A stretch of 63,589 nucleotides of DNA, the filler included, from Folioceros fuciformis (lineage: Eukaryota): the NCBI GenBank assembly GCA_049999805.1. It is 19 parts of 19 records of this genome, joined end to end, with 100 filler letters (N's around TTAATTAATTAA, not from the genome) between each part and the next. Parts side by side here need not be neighbours in the genome. Positions count along the whole stretch, not along the records: positions 42,863 to 48,585 come from JBNGIO010006661.1; positions 48,686 to 52,371 come from JBNGIO010006662.1; positions 52,472 to 56,005 come from JBNGIO010006663.1; 16 more parts are not named here. One strand, given 5' to 3'. The first letter of the stretch is position 1, and each line of letters opens with the position of its first letter. Both the position numbers and the translations under genes were made by a program. Below are positions 45,801 through 56,105 of the stretch, in pieces. The notes beneath the pieces were generated by a model. The model had not been told where the DNA came from. It searched no databases and saw nothing but the letters and a program-made list of their open reading frames with translations.

Positions 45801-48585
45801 CACAAGCTCCAAGGGAACAGCAGCCCGATGTGCTCCAGACTTGTCAAAAGGTAGCTCATGATGCTTGCCATAAATACAAGCTTCGCACAGGGGCAAATCC
45901 CCCACTTGTCCTGGAATCCCATCTGAGTAAAGCGTACTGTTTGTCATGGCCTGAAGCTTGTTCCCATGTGGATGCCCACAACGCAAATGCCAGACAGTCG
46001 CCACTTCCTCCGGAGACAAGTGACCAGCAAGGCCAGCAACGTGCAGTTCAGGTAACCTGCTTCCCACCAAACTCAACTGATAGATATCGTTTACAGGATA
46101 CCCTTCTGCAACTGCCACACGTGGATCCTTGCTTTCAACTATCATGCACTTATCTCCCGTGAACAGAACATGCATAGGCTGATCAGCCGTGAGCTTTCGT
46201 ACTGACAGCAGATTTTTGGTGACTGCAGGAACATGCAGAACACCATCCAGCTCCAGGCACCGACCATGATGCAACTGCAATATAACCTTACCAGTTCCAA
46301 CAATAGGTAATGTACTCTCGTCTCCCAACATCACCGACTGATCTGCATCATATGTTACATAATCGCTGAAGTACGACTTACTGTGACATATGTGTGCGGA
46401 GGCGCCTGAATCGATAAACCAATCTGGGGTTCGTGACCCAGAGGTGGTAAGGCACACAGTCAAAATAACTTGTGCAGGTTTTTTCTTTGGAGCGTTTACA
46501 GCATGTGCCTCAGGCACTCCAGTAGCACCCTCCTTCCGAGGCTCTGCAGCCTTCTTCTTTCGGCAATCGCGTGCCCAATGCCCAGGTATTCCGCACCAGT
46601 TGCAATTGCCTGCACGTTTCGGATTGCTTGAACTCTGTCCAGGTCCACTTGACCTGCCTCCACGATTGGAATTCCATGAACCTCCTCTGCCTCTTTTGAA
46701 GGGTCTTCCCCTACTAGCAAACAGGGCTTGCTGACCCTGTATCAGCTGTCTTCCAGATCTGGAGGACAGCCTCGTGGCTTCCTCCTGCAACATAGCGCCA
46801 ACGACACCGTTAAATGTCATGGGATCTGAATCTATTTTTAAGGCCTTTGAGATTCTTGCTTCGACCTTTGCCATAGCCTGCTGGCCAGTAACAAACAGCC
46901 CGAAACTTGGAGGTAACGAGCTTAACAGCCTACATGCTGCATCGTAATCAGTCACCTTTACGCCTGTGGAGCTTAGCTTAGCACGTGCAATGCGAAATCT
47001 TGCAATATAGTGCTCAACTGACTCTCCTTCTGTCATGCGCAGGCCATGATACCGTGCGGAAGCTGACATGGACGCAGCCATGTCATGAGAGGCAAACATC
47101 ATTGCCAGATGATCCCACATGTCCTTTGCTGAGTCCCCTGGACCATCAGAGGCCTGCCTCAGCATTTCAGGAGCCAGACCTGACCTGATGAGATTCCTGG
47201 CTTTGATGTCTGCTAGTCTCCATACTGCATAATCTGCTGAAGTGGCTTCAGGCTTTGGGGTCTCTCCGATCACCACTCCCCACAGGTTCTTTTCCTCAAG
47301 AGCTCCTTGCATTCGCATGACCCAGATATCGTATTCACTGCCTGTGACCAGACGGTCCTTCTCTTTGAAACCACCGCTGGTTAGTGCCTGCAGGGCAGTG
47401 AGCATCTCCTCTCTTGCTCTGTCATCATCATCCATATTTAAATTCCTGTACCACTTATAATCTTCGTGTGAATAATGTGTGTTTACTGAGGCACGATCAG
47501 AAGCAGTATCAACCTGAGTGTTCAAGACCTCATCATCCTCACTGAAGTCATAGAGCCCTCCCTCTAGCGCCAGTTTCCTCAACCATTCAGGTGTTGTGTA
47601 AGAACTCTCCTGATCACTCAAAAATCAGCAGCTCCCAGCATGAGCTGAATCAGCTTGCTTTGACCGACACACTTCACAGATTGGAGGACACTGCTTGGAC
47701 TGACTAGTATGGACAGCTCTCTCATTTTCTTGCCAATTTGGCTTCATGATTGTGAAAATTTTAAAGTCAATCTCTTTCAGATGCTCCTCTAACCTGGCAA
47801 TATTATCTGTCAAAATATCCAAGGTGGTGTAGATATGCTGGGTGCGTCAAAGGGCTGTGCTGTTGATATTATCAAGTCTTTGGGTTAAGTGATGAACAGC
47901 AACTGCGAGGGACTCATTCGACTCTCTAACAGGCCGTGGAAAACGATGTGAAGTAACTGGATCTCTCATGCAAGACTGATTTCGATTCGGAAGGAACCCA
48001 CGACGAGAATGTCCACTGGGATTTGCAGTTGCAAGGTCAGGAATGCTATTCAGGAAATCCCTCCAGTCAGGTAAGACTTGTCTTCCGGGGGATATATTTG
48101 TAGCCTCATACGAGGGGACAGGTTGGTAAGTTCGTGACTCCGCTCCTCTGTTCCTCCTACAACGGTGTGCCATTCCTCATTCCCCACCAGTTCTCAACTG
48201 TTTGCTCGCTGTGCAGGTCCAGGATCAGCGCTAAACGCGCCTTGCAATCTTATTGTTGAGCATGAGTCTTGCATGCTTTTAAACAGGGAAGCACCAGCGC
48301 TTGGGATACAGGGCCATAACCTCCTCTCTAGCCAGGACTGATTCAATTGCTCGCTCAATCAGAGAAGCAAGTTCTGGGTTCAAGAAAGGGCGCAAGAACA
48401 ACATCCACTCCACACACTGCTGCAGATTCAAATAACCCATGGCAGCAGGTTTCCAGAATTGCTAACTCGTGTGCAGGACATTTGCGCCTTGGTAGAAGGC
48501 GCAAGGATTGCATCAACGCCTAACCTGCTCTGATACCATCATGTTTTTATAGATCGATAAATTGATTAACAGCGAGCACAAGGCA
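42863..48585 (-). mobile_element. Ty1/copia LTR retrotransposon with intact coding region (LTR ends only)
   Basis: 5' LTR end AAAACA followed by PBS TGGTATCAGAGCAGG (~48524-48538). PPT AAGTGGGGG followed by LTR start TGTTGG at 42909. Confidence 0.95.
42957..47621 (-). CDS. Intact copia gag-pol polyprotein (first ATG ~47435)
   Basis: 1554 open codons: CNWCGIPGHWARDC, WFIDSGAS, WHLRCGH...CEAC, FIDD/RSDNGGEY/GVAE, LYVDDLVL, FTDSDWASD, NPADLLTK. Confidence 0.96.
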   Translation of the reverse strand: MSDQESSYTTPEWLRKLALEGGLYDFSEDDEVLNTQVDTASDRASVNTHYSHEDYKWYRNLNMDDDDRAREEMLTALQALTSGGFKEKDRLVTGSEYDIWVMRMQGALEEKNLWGVVIGETPKPEATSADYAVWRLADIKARNLIRSGLAPEMLRQASDGPGDSAKDMWDHLAMMFASHDMAASMSASARYHGLRMTEGESVEHYIARFRIARAKLSSTGVKVTDYDAACRLLSSLPPSFGLFVTGQQAMAKVEARISKALKIDSDPMTFNGVVGAMLQEEATRLSSRSGRQLIQGQQALFASRGRPFKRGRGGSWNSNRGGRSSGPGQSSSNPKRAGNCNWCGIPGHWARDCRKKKAAEPRKEGATGVPEAHAVNAPKKKPAQVILTVCLTTSGSRTPDWFIDSGASAHICHSKSYFSDYVTYDADQSVMLGDESTLPIVGTGKVILQLHHGRCLELDGVLHVPAVTKNLLSVRKLTADQPMHVLFTGDKCMIVESKDPRVAVAEGYPVNDIYQLSLVGSRLPELHVAGLAGHLSPEEVATVWHLRCGHPHGNKLQAMTNSTLYSDGIPGQVGDLPLCEACIYGKHHELPFDKSGAHRAAVPLELVHSDICGPISVPSFGGGSFFLTFIDDCTRYCMLYILKHKSDTLQHFKEYLQLVERHHGRSLRCLRSDNGGEYTSGEFTAYCRNLGIQRQLTVPYTAQLNGVAEKKNQLLQETARALLKQARLPRHYWGEAINTANYLLNRLPTRVLPGTTPFEAWWGRKPSVQHLRIFGSPAYAFVPKPKRKTKLHDRAQKLVFIGYTDGIKAYKLYDPVSRVVSHARSVIFDEKSILKPSSSDLPIASTSPGGVVADQLDNEEEDVVEWSSAGEFAEPGEAEVSYFEQNAETLAPEFGDDEMDSTPVDDPGLNQQAEADSQAEFFMHADAEREIPIAEEVPAVETRGRYNLRERNKPWKEPPLEMEDWRVKKVKTKKTRSEGEPATSEQPASTGQPAGDLPSSSAEIEGYSQLSNAYIQAMLAATTDGSEPVSLTQAYSGPEAKQWKRAVDDEYASIIQNGTWLLVELPKGRKPISCKWVFKRKMNADGSIERYKARLVARGFSQIPGVDFNDTFAPVVKFTTLRMVLALTAHLDLDLEQMDVKTAFLHGKLEEDLYMEQPEGYIKPGTEHLVCKLVKTLYGLKQSPRAWNQRINSYLKQLGFRQGTADPGLYLMTEGDAVLILLLYVDDLVLAATKGRHSLLPKVKALLRKEFEMTELGKLTWCLGVEIARDRKVRRLTICQHKYVRDSLKKFNMENANGSATPLATGVKLARSQNPLTPEEAEDMARTPYRHAVGTLIYLANVSRPDIAFSVSLESQFLENPTPEHWSQVKRTFRYLKQTPTHGIVYEGMKEKLLTLEGFTDSDWASDLDNRKSLSAYVYLLAGGPISWMSKKQNTISTSSTEAEYKALTVAAKEAIWCRRNLSDVGMVQVGATVVHCDNQGAIALSQNPVLHSKTKHIEIHHHFIREVVADGQMRIQYIPTADNPADLLTKALPKELHNKHASRLGLQPCKNDQ

Positions 48586-48685
48586 NNNNNNNNNNNNNNN
48601 NNNNNNNNNNNNNNNNNNNNNNNNNNNNNTTAATTAATTAANNNNNNNNNNNNNNNNNNNNNNNNNNNNNNNNNNNNNNNNNNNN

Positions 48686-51600
48686 GTATATATATAACCA
48701 CGGTCACGGGTTAAGTAATTAGGGTTGTATAGTCAAAGGTCACTTAGAGTTAAACAACTTATGTATAAAAGACACTCTTTTGATCACTTAATATTATTGT
48801 CTTGATTTCTCTATGACAAGTTTGCTCTTGTCTGCATCTTCTAGCGTCTCCAGAATATTGACATGGTATCATAGTTGTCAATACTTTGTCCTTAGAGCAA
48901 CAGGAGAGGGATATGACATCTAAGAAATGCTCTTGCATTTTTGCTTAGATATTATACTCCTTATATATATTTTTAGTCTGAAAATTTATTTTATGGTAAT
49001 GATGCTGACGCTGAAATGTTTTACAAACACAGTGCCAAGCACCCACTACCGAATATGGATGCTGGCCAGTGTGTTCTAAAAACATCCACTGCCTGCATCA
49101 CACAATTTAGTCTAGCATGCCCTCTGAAAAATTGTTCCTCATGATGCTAGATCATCAATCTAATTTTTCTGCATTGCTATATAAACTATGCAAACAATGG
49201 CATTTGAAAATGCTTCGGAGTAACAGAATTCGAGAGCTTGGAACGTAAACAGGCCTAGCCAGGGAAGGGCAGGAATGCATTTTCCTTCAGTGGATGGGGT
49301 CCCACGACATCAGCAGTTCTCTCGGCCTCCCGTACATCCAAACGTGACCAGGTTTAGGTTAGCACAGGCTCTAGGACCCTGCTTACATAATCAGGGACGA
49401 CACAAAAGGAATCCAACAAGTCACCTGCCTACCGAGACACCAACACCACCGTCATCCTCTGATCTTGTGCATCTGAAGTTGATGTTCACAATTCAAGTGG
49501 CTAGGAATCATGCCCTCACAAGACAGATTCTCTCCGAAATCTCTCTGCTCAAAGCCCAAATATCCATTTTGACACAGCAATTTGGAACTTTGATTTGCAA
49601 GAGGGATCAAAAGCCAACGGCGATCACAGTGGCTGCCATCACACCTTATTCTGAGGCCACAGCCTCGATCTCCCAGCCTCACCATCCTGCACAGGAAACG
49701 GGAGATCTCAAATGGCACCAATGCTTTCTGAAGCGGTGCATGCTTATAGGAAGGAGCTCACCGGATCATGCCGATGCCTTGCAATCAAACACGCAACCTT
49801 CTCAAGCGGTGCGAGTAGGCCAAAACGGCACAAGCATATCCTGCCAGCGCGTCGATTTGAGAACACACATCTGTGAGAACCTGCTCGTCGACACCTGCTC
49901 AGCCCTCCTTCGCAAGCACAGCTTGGAAATCAAAGTTCAGCAGAGCCCCGCCTTGCAATCAGCACAGCTTGGAAATCAGAGTTGAGTGAAGCCCCGCCTT
50001 GCAATCAGCACAGCCTAGAAATTAGAGTTGAGCGGAGCCCTGCCCTGCAATCAACACAGCCTGGAAATCAGAGTTGAGCGGAGCCCTGCCCTACAAACAA
50101 CATAGCCTGGAAGAACAGATTAGGCAGCCTTGCCATCTTCAGGCCTTGCCGGAATCGAGATCTGCCAGCTGCCTTGCCCACGGGACACCTCAGCCTGCAC
50201 AAGAGAGCGAGCACTTGCGTTTGCTTAGCGGCCATGGCCTTAAACCCGCCGCCGCCTGCGCCTGTGGTGCACCTATCGACCTGCCTGTGACTCGGAGAAC
50301 CCGGAGTCAGACATAGCAGCCCCGGCCTCGCCTTCACGGAGGAGGAGAAAGGAAGCTGCCCCGGAGTCTTGGCGCAAGCGGCTCGCTGCAGCCAAGCACA
50401 AGTCCTCGCAAATCTACGGCGAGATCCTCAGCCTGGAGCGTGCGACAGGCTTGAAGCCATCCTCCTTGAGAGAGGCCTCTCCGCAAACCCGCCGGACGGC
50501 ACCCAAGATGGTGATGCCGATTGCATGAGCTCCAGCAGCGACCGCATGAGCTGCCTCAACCCTTAGCGCCTTTGCTGACGCGTCTTTTGCATGCCCGCAG
50601 CCTGAACTTGCACCTAGGTTGCTGTTTTCTCGGAGTGGAGGTTGCCATACCTTTGCTACCTAGATTCCATGGTTGGCTCCCCAGGCTCCAGTGGCATCCC
50701 TAGCCACAGCCCGGCAGGGGTTTTGTTTGATGGGTCAGCAACGGCCTCCTCAGGCATATCTGCCGCATCCTCGACCTCCAGAGCGCCTGCAGCATCAACT
50801 GTCGGCGCCAAATCTTCAAACTCTGCGAATACCACTTCGACCACAATTATGGCAACTACTTCTCCATCTGGAGTCTTCTCCACAACGCCGTTTCCCACTT
50901 TCCCCTCCTTTATGCCTGGAACAGGTTTTTCCAATGCGCTAGGAGCGGGATTTTTCAACCCTCTGCCAAGCCATGGACCTGGTCCTGGGAATCCTTTGCC
51001 TACGACAAGAGCTGGATTTGCCAACCCGTTGCCAAACCTTGGAGCTAGATATGGAAATCCCTTGCCTAGGCCAGGACCTACTTACGAGCCTCCTTCACCT
51101 GCCTTGCCAGGATCGGGAGCAGGCTTTAATTTTCCTATATAGGCACACACACCGATTTATTAGCCATCGTATACAGTTGAGTTCAAGGAGCGGGATAGGT
51201 TCAACGGAAACAAATACCCCGTGTGGAGCATCCGCATACAAGCAGCACTTGATGTTAGGCACGTATGGGGGGTTGTGAGTGGACACTTCCAACAACCTGG
51301 AGCTACCGCAAATCAATTCGATAAGGACAGATGGGACAACGCCAACAATGTGGCTCAAGCCCCCCTAATCCGCGGCCTCGACGAGGTACTAGTTCCAGAC
51401 GTTGCCTATTTAGCTAAAGCTGAGGATATATGGAACCAGCTTTCGCAGACATATGATGTGAAAAATATACTAACCTTATGTGCTGTAAGAAGTGAGCTTT
51501 TCTCTCTTCGTATGGGTGACAATGAAAAGGCAGCTGTTTTTGTGGGGAAGTTTAGGCACCTTAGATCACAACTGATTTCATTAGGGTCTACTATGTTGGA

Positions 51601-54600
51601 CTTAGATGCTGTAGCCCAACTCCTTACAAGTCTTCCTTCAAGCTATCAGCCTTTTGTCTCTAGCTACAAAGCCTCACTTAGAGATGCAGGCAGAGCCGCA
51701 GCTGCAAGACAAAAAGTGCATATTAGCTTTACCGATGTTGTAGGAGGCTTGTTCCAAGAAGAGCAATCACGTAGTGGTTCTCATTCCCATTTTGGGCGTA
51801 CTACAATAGATAAAGTCCTTTTACCTCTAAACCTCGTTCACAACACAAGGGTAGAAACTTTTCTACACCTAGCACATCTAAGGCTGGAAACACCAAGCCA
51901 GGTCAAACCAAGAGGGTTGGAGCCTGCAACTGGTGCGGCTCTCCCGGCCATTGGGAGCGGGAGTGTCATAAAAAGAAAAATGGAGAACCTAAGAAGGCCG
52001 AGAAGACTTATAGAGGGGCTGAGGCCAACACAGTTTCCAAGGACAAGACAACACAAGGCAAACAGCCCGTTGTGATGACGACTTGCTTGTCCACATCCAA
52101 GCCTCCCAAGACACATGATGCTTGGTACTTGGATTCTGGGGCTACATCCCACATCTGCAACAACAGAAGTCTGATGAGTAATTTTACTCCCGCAAATACA
52201 TCTGAGAAGGTGCTGTTAGGTGACGAGCTCACCCGTTCAGGCTTGAAGATTTTGGGGAAGGGTACTTGTCATTTTCTTAAGCCAGATGGTAGCCTTATTC
52301 GGCTTGATGACGTTTTATATGTTCCTAACAAGGCCAAGCACTTGTTATCTATTAGTCAACTTATGCACATGNNNNNNNNNNNNNNNNNNNNNNNNNNNNN
52401 NNNNNNNNNNNNNNNTTAATTAATTAANNNNNNNNNNNNNNNNNNNNNNNNNNNNNNNNNNNNNNNNNNNNCTAACAAGGCCAAGCACTTGTTATCTATT
52501 AGTCAACTTATGCACATGAAGTGTTTTGATCTAACCTTTACGACTTCTAGCTACTTGCTAACCACCAAGGGCCCAACCAGTTCCGTGGTGGCTAGAGGCC
52601 TTTTAGAGCATGACCTCTACAGGTTAGACCTTTCATGGGCGCCTACTAGAAGTTCTCATGTTGCTTCACAGTCACAAGCCCACCTAGCTCAGCTTTGGCA
52701 TGCTAGACTAGAACATGCTAACAAGGACAAGCTCCTTAAGATGTCTAAGTTAGAATGCTATAGAGAGCCCCTACCTAGGTGTTTTAAGGAACTTCTTTTG
52801 TGCGACTCTTGCATAGTTGCAAAGCAAAAGGAGTTACCCTTTCCTACCAATGTCACTTTTAGGTCAGCTAACATCCTAGATCTTGTCCATGCTGATATAT
52901 CTGGCAAGATACATGTTCCCTCTTTTGGTGGCTCTCTCTATTATTTAACAATAACAGATGACTTCAGCCGCTATTCTTAGACATACCCAATGAAGAAGAA
53001 ATAAGAGACCTTCCAGTTCTTCAAAGAATGGATCATCATGGTTCAAAGGCAAACAAGGTGTTACCTCCGATGCTTGAGGTCAGATAATGGTAGTGAGTTT
53101 GTTAACTCTCCATTTAATGATTACCTTGCCGCTCAAGGGATCACACGTCAGCTAAGTATCCCATATACTCAACAACAAAATGGAGTAGCTAAGCGCCGCA
53201 ACCAGACTTTGCTCAAAATGACACGTGCCATGCTAGCTAGGTCAGGCCTCAGCAAAGCCTATTGGGCGGAGGCAGTTGTTACTGCCACATATATCTTGAA
53301 TCGAGTTCCAACAATAGTTGTGCTTGATCGCACTTTGTTTGAAGTGATATGGAAGCGGAAACCAAATCTGCTTCATCTTAGGGTATTCGGCTCACTAGCT
53401 TACACCTATATCCATTCAGAATAGCATAGGAAGCTCGAGGATAGGGCAAGACCTTTGGTTTTCATTAGTTATGGAGAAGAAACCAAGGCGTATAAACTCT
53501 ATGACCTCCTACTTGATCGTTGATTTTTGTTCGGAGCATCACCTTCAAAGAGCTTGTCAAGCCTCGGCTTACGACTTTTGCTTTGGATTCTGAGTTCGTT
53601 ACTTCTTCTCCACCCGTGCCTGATTCACCTGCAACTGCTGACCTTGGTTTTGATGACTCCCCCTCCGAGTATCCACAAGATGCTTTCTATGAACTGCTTG
53701 TGTCTTCTCTGGCAGCTGGCAGTTCAAGGGGTGGATTTCCAACATCTATAGTACCATTGATACCTACGTTGCAGCCCTCCCAACCTACCATTATTTCACC
53801 TGCTAACCCTACTGATGTTGAAGAGCATGAAGCAGATCATGTTCCTGAGCAACAGCCACTTGAGCAGGACACACTTGAGCAACTTGAAGCAGATCCTCTT
53901 TATGATGAGGACCCTGAACCAGGTGCAGATGTTAATCAGGATGATCAGGTTCTTGACTTGACCGATGATGTTGTCAATGCAGAACCAGATGGTGCTCCCA
54001 TTCAGGTTGAACCTACTGTTGAGGAAAGGAGATATCCAAGCCGGTCACGTCCATCTCGAGATAGCTGGACCTCTAGACCCTATGAGTCAGAGGACTTCCG
54101 TCTCCCACGATCTACTAGGCTATGTGAAGCCTCCTCCACCAGCACACCTCACCCAGCAGAACCTCAAACCTACAAGGAGGCTATAAAAGGTGCACATAAA
54201 CACCATTGGCTTCCATCAATTCAAGACGAGTATGACTCCTTTGATGAAGAATGGAACATGGGAACTTTGCCCCTTACCTGTTGGAAGGAAAACGATGAGT
54301 TGCAAGTGGGTGTTCAAATATAAGCTGAACGCACAAGGAGACATAGCACGTTACAAATCACGTCTTGTTGCTCGCGGCTTCTCACAAGTAGCAGGTGTGG
54401 ACTTCAACGAAACTTTCAGCCCTGTCGTCAAGACACAATCCATCAAGATGATCCTAGCCCTTGCAGCTGCTAGAGACTGGGATCTAGAGCAAATGGATGT
54501 CTCAACAGCCTTCCTCTATGGAGAATTAGAGGAAGATATCTATATGGACCAGCCTGAGGGCTTTGTCGATCTGGAACATCCAGATTGGGTGTGCAAATTC

Positions 54601-56005
54601 AAACAAAGTGCTCAAGAGTGGTACAAGTTTATCGACAAGTACCTCAAGTTCGTTGGCTTCATCCAAAACCCTGCAGGCGCCAACGTCTACATATGTTGCA
54701 GAGGAGGATATCTTGTGATATTGGCTTTGTATGTTGATGATGCAATCCTCGCGTCAAATAATAGGGATTTGCTAGATTGGGTGAAGGCCATGCTGCACAA
54801 GCGATATGACATGAAGGACATTGGAGAACTCACCTTTGTTCTTGGGGTTAAGCTCCTTAGGGATAGAGCTAATCACACTCTTGTCCTTCACCAGACCAAG
54901 TATATCAACGAGACCATTTGCCGCTTCAACCTGCAAGATGCAAAGCCCGTCAGCACACCTGGTTGTGTTGGGGTCAAGCTCACTTCCCTCCAATCTCCAT
55001 AGGATGACATAGATCAGGAACTCATGAGCCAAGTGCCATATCGTCATGTCGTAGGGTGCTTGAACTATATAAGCTGCTGGACAAGACCAGATATCCAGCA
55101 TGCTGTCAATGCAGTTTTCCAATTCTTGGAGAAGCCAGGTTAGGAGCATTGGATCGCCGTCAAAAGGATCCTCCGCTACTTGAAGGGCACTTCAACACAT
55201 GGACTATGCTTCAAGGCATGGATCAGAATATCACCTTGGTTGGATATGTAGATGTTGACTGAGGAACTGATCCAAATGAGCGTAGGAGTGTGTCTGCCTA
55301 TTACTTTCTCTTGTCAGGAGCAGCCGTGAACTGGAGCTCGAAGAAGTAGGCTTCTGTGACTTTATCATCCACCGAAGCTGAGTACAAGGCATTGATAGAG
55401 TCAACCAAAGAAGCAGAGTGGGAACGATCATTCCTAGCCGGCCTGAACTTCAACCAAAAGATTCCTACAACTATATATTGCGACAATATGTCTACAATTG
55501 CTTTGGTTGGGAACCCTCATTTTCATGCTCGAACGAAGCACATTGAAATTCAGCACCACTTCGTCCGGCACTCTGTTGAGCGGAAGGTGATACAGATTGA
55601 ACATGTGCCAACGGAGCTGAACACTACCGACTTGCTGACCAAGTGTTTGTCAACACATAAGCACAATTTCCACAAGGAAGCTCTGGGTTTGGTGGACTAC
55701 AGCTCCTATCTACACTTCTCTTCTACAAAGCATTGATGGAAAATTGCTCACATCACCAGGAGTGGGACCAAACGGATGAAGCTTAGTGCCTACATCTAAT
55801 CGTTCACCTCACTCTGGCAACTTTGCTTTGGCCGCCCTTTCCAGACCACCCAAAGCTCTTCATCACCCTGAAGATTTGCACACAACGCCTACAACTTCTA
55901 ACTAGTGACGTGGTTAAGGGGGTGTGTTAAACCCCATTAGGAATGACCCGCTGGGGTTGTATATATATAACCACGGTCACGGGTTAAGTAATTAGGGTTG
56001 TATAG
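48686..56005 (+). mobile_element. Ty1/copia LTR retrotransposon, one-LTR cycle over two contigs, ~2.3-kb 5' leader, decayed
   Basis: LTR ~212 bp from TGTTAA (55925) to TTGACA (48863). PBS-like TGGTATCATAG 48864-48874; PPT AAGGGGG 55916-55922. 47-bp overlaps. Broken gag-pol ~51140-55736 (WYLDSGA, RSDNGSEF, LYVDDAIL). Confidence 0.93.
49900..50115 (+). repeat. ~43-bp minisatellite, ~5 copies, in the copia leader
   Basis: CACAGCYTGGAAATCAGAGTTGAGCGGAGCCCYGCCYTGCAATCA repeated. Confidence 0.85.
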
Positions 56006-56105
56006 NNNNNNNNNNNNNNNNNNNNNNNNNNNNNNNNNNNNNNNNNNNNTTAATTAATTAANNNNNNNNNNNNNNNNNNNNNNNNNNNNNNNNNNNNNNN
56101 NNNNN

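Noticed and set aside
43747-47460. Plus-strand ORFs overlapping retroelement pol genes (also 23690-24304 opposite TFIIE-beta)
   Set aside because: Antisense shadows of real coding frames with no independent motifs.
49900-50115. Regularly spaced repeats (also 34365-34480, 37965-38052, 42290-42432) as CRISPR arrays
   Set aside because: Head-to-tail degenerate minisatellites without unique spacers or cas genes, in eukaryotic DNA.
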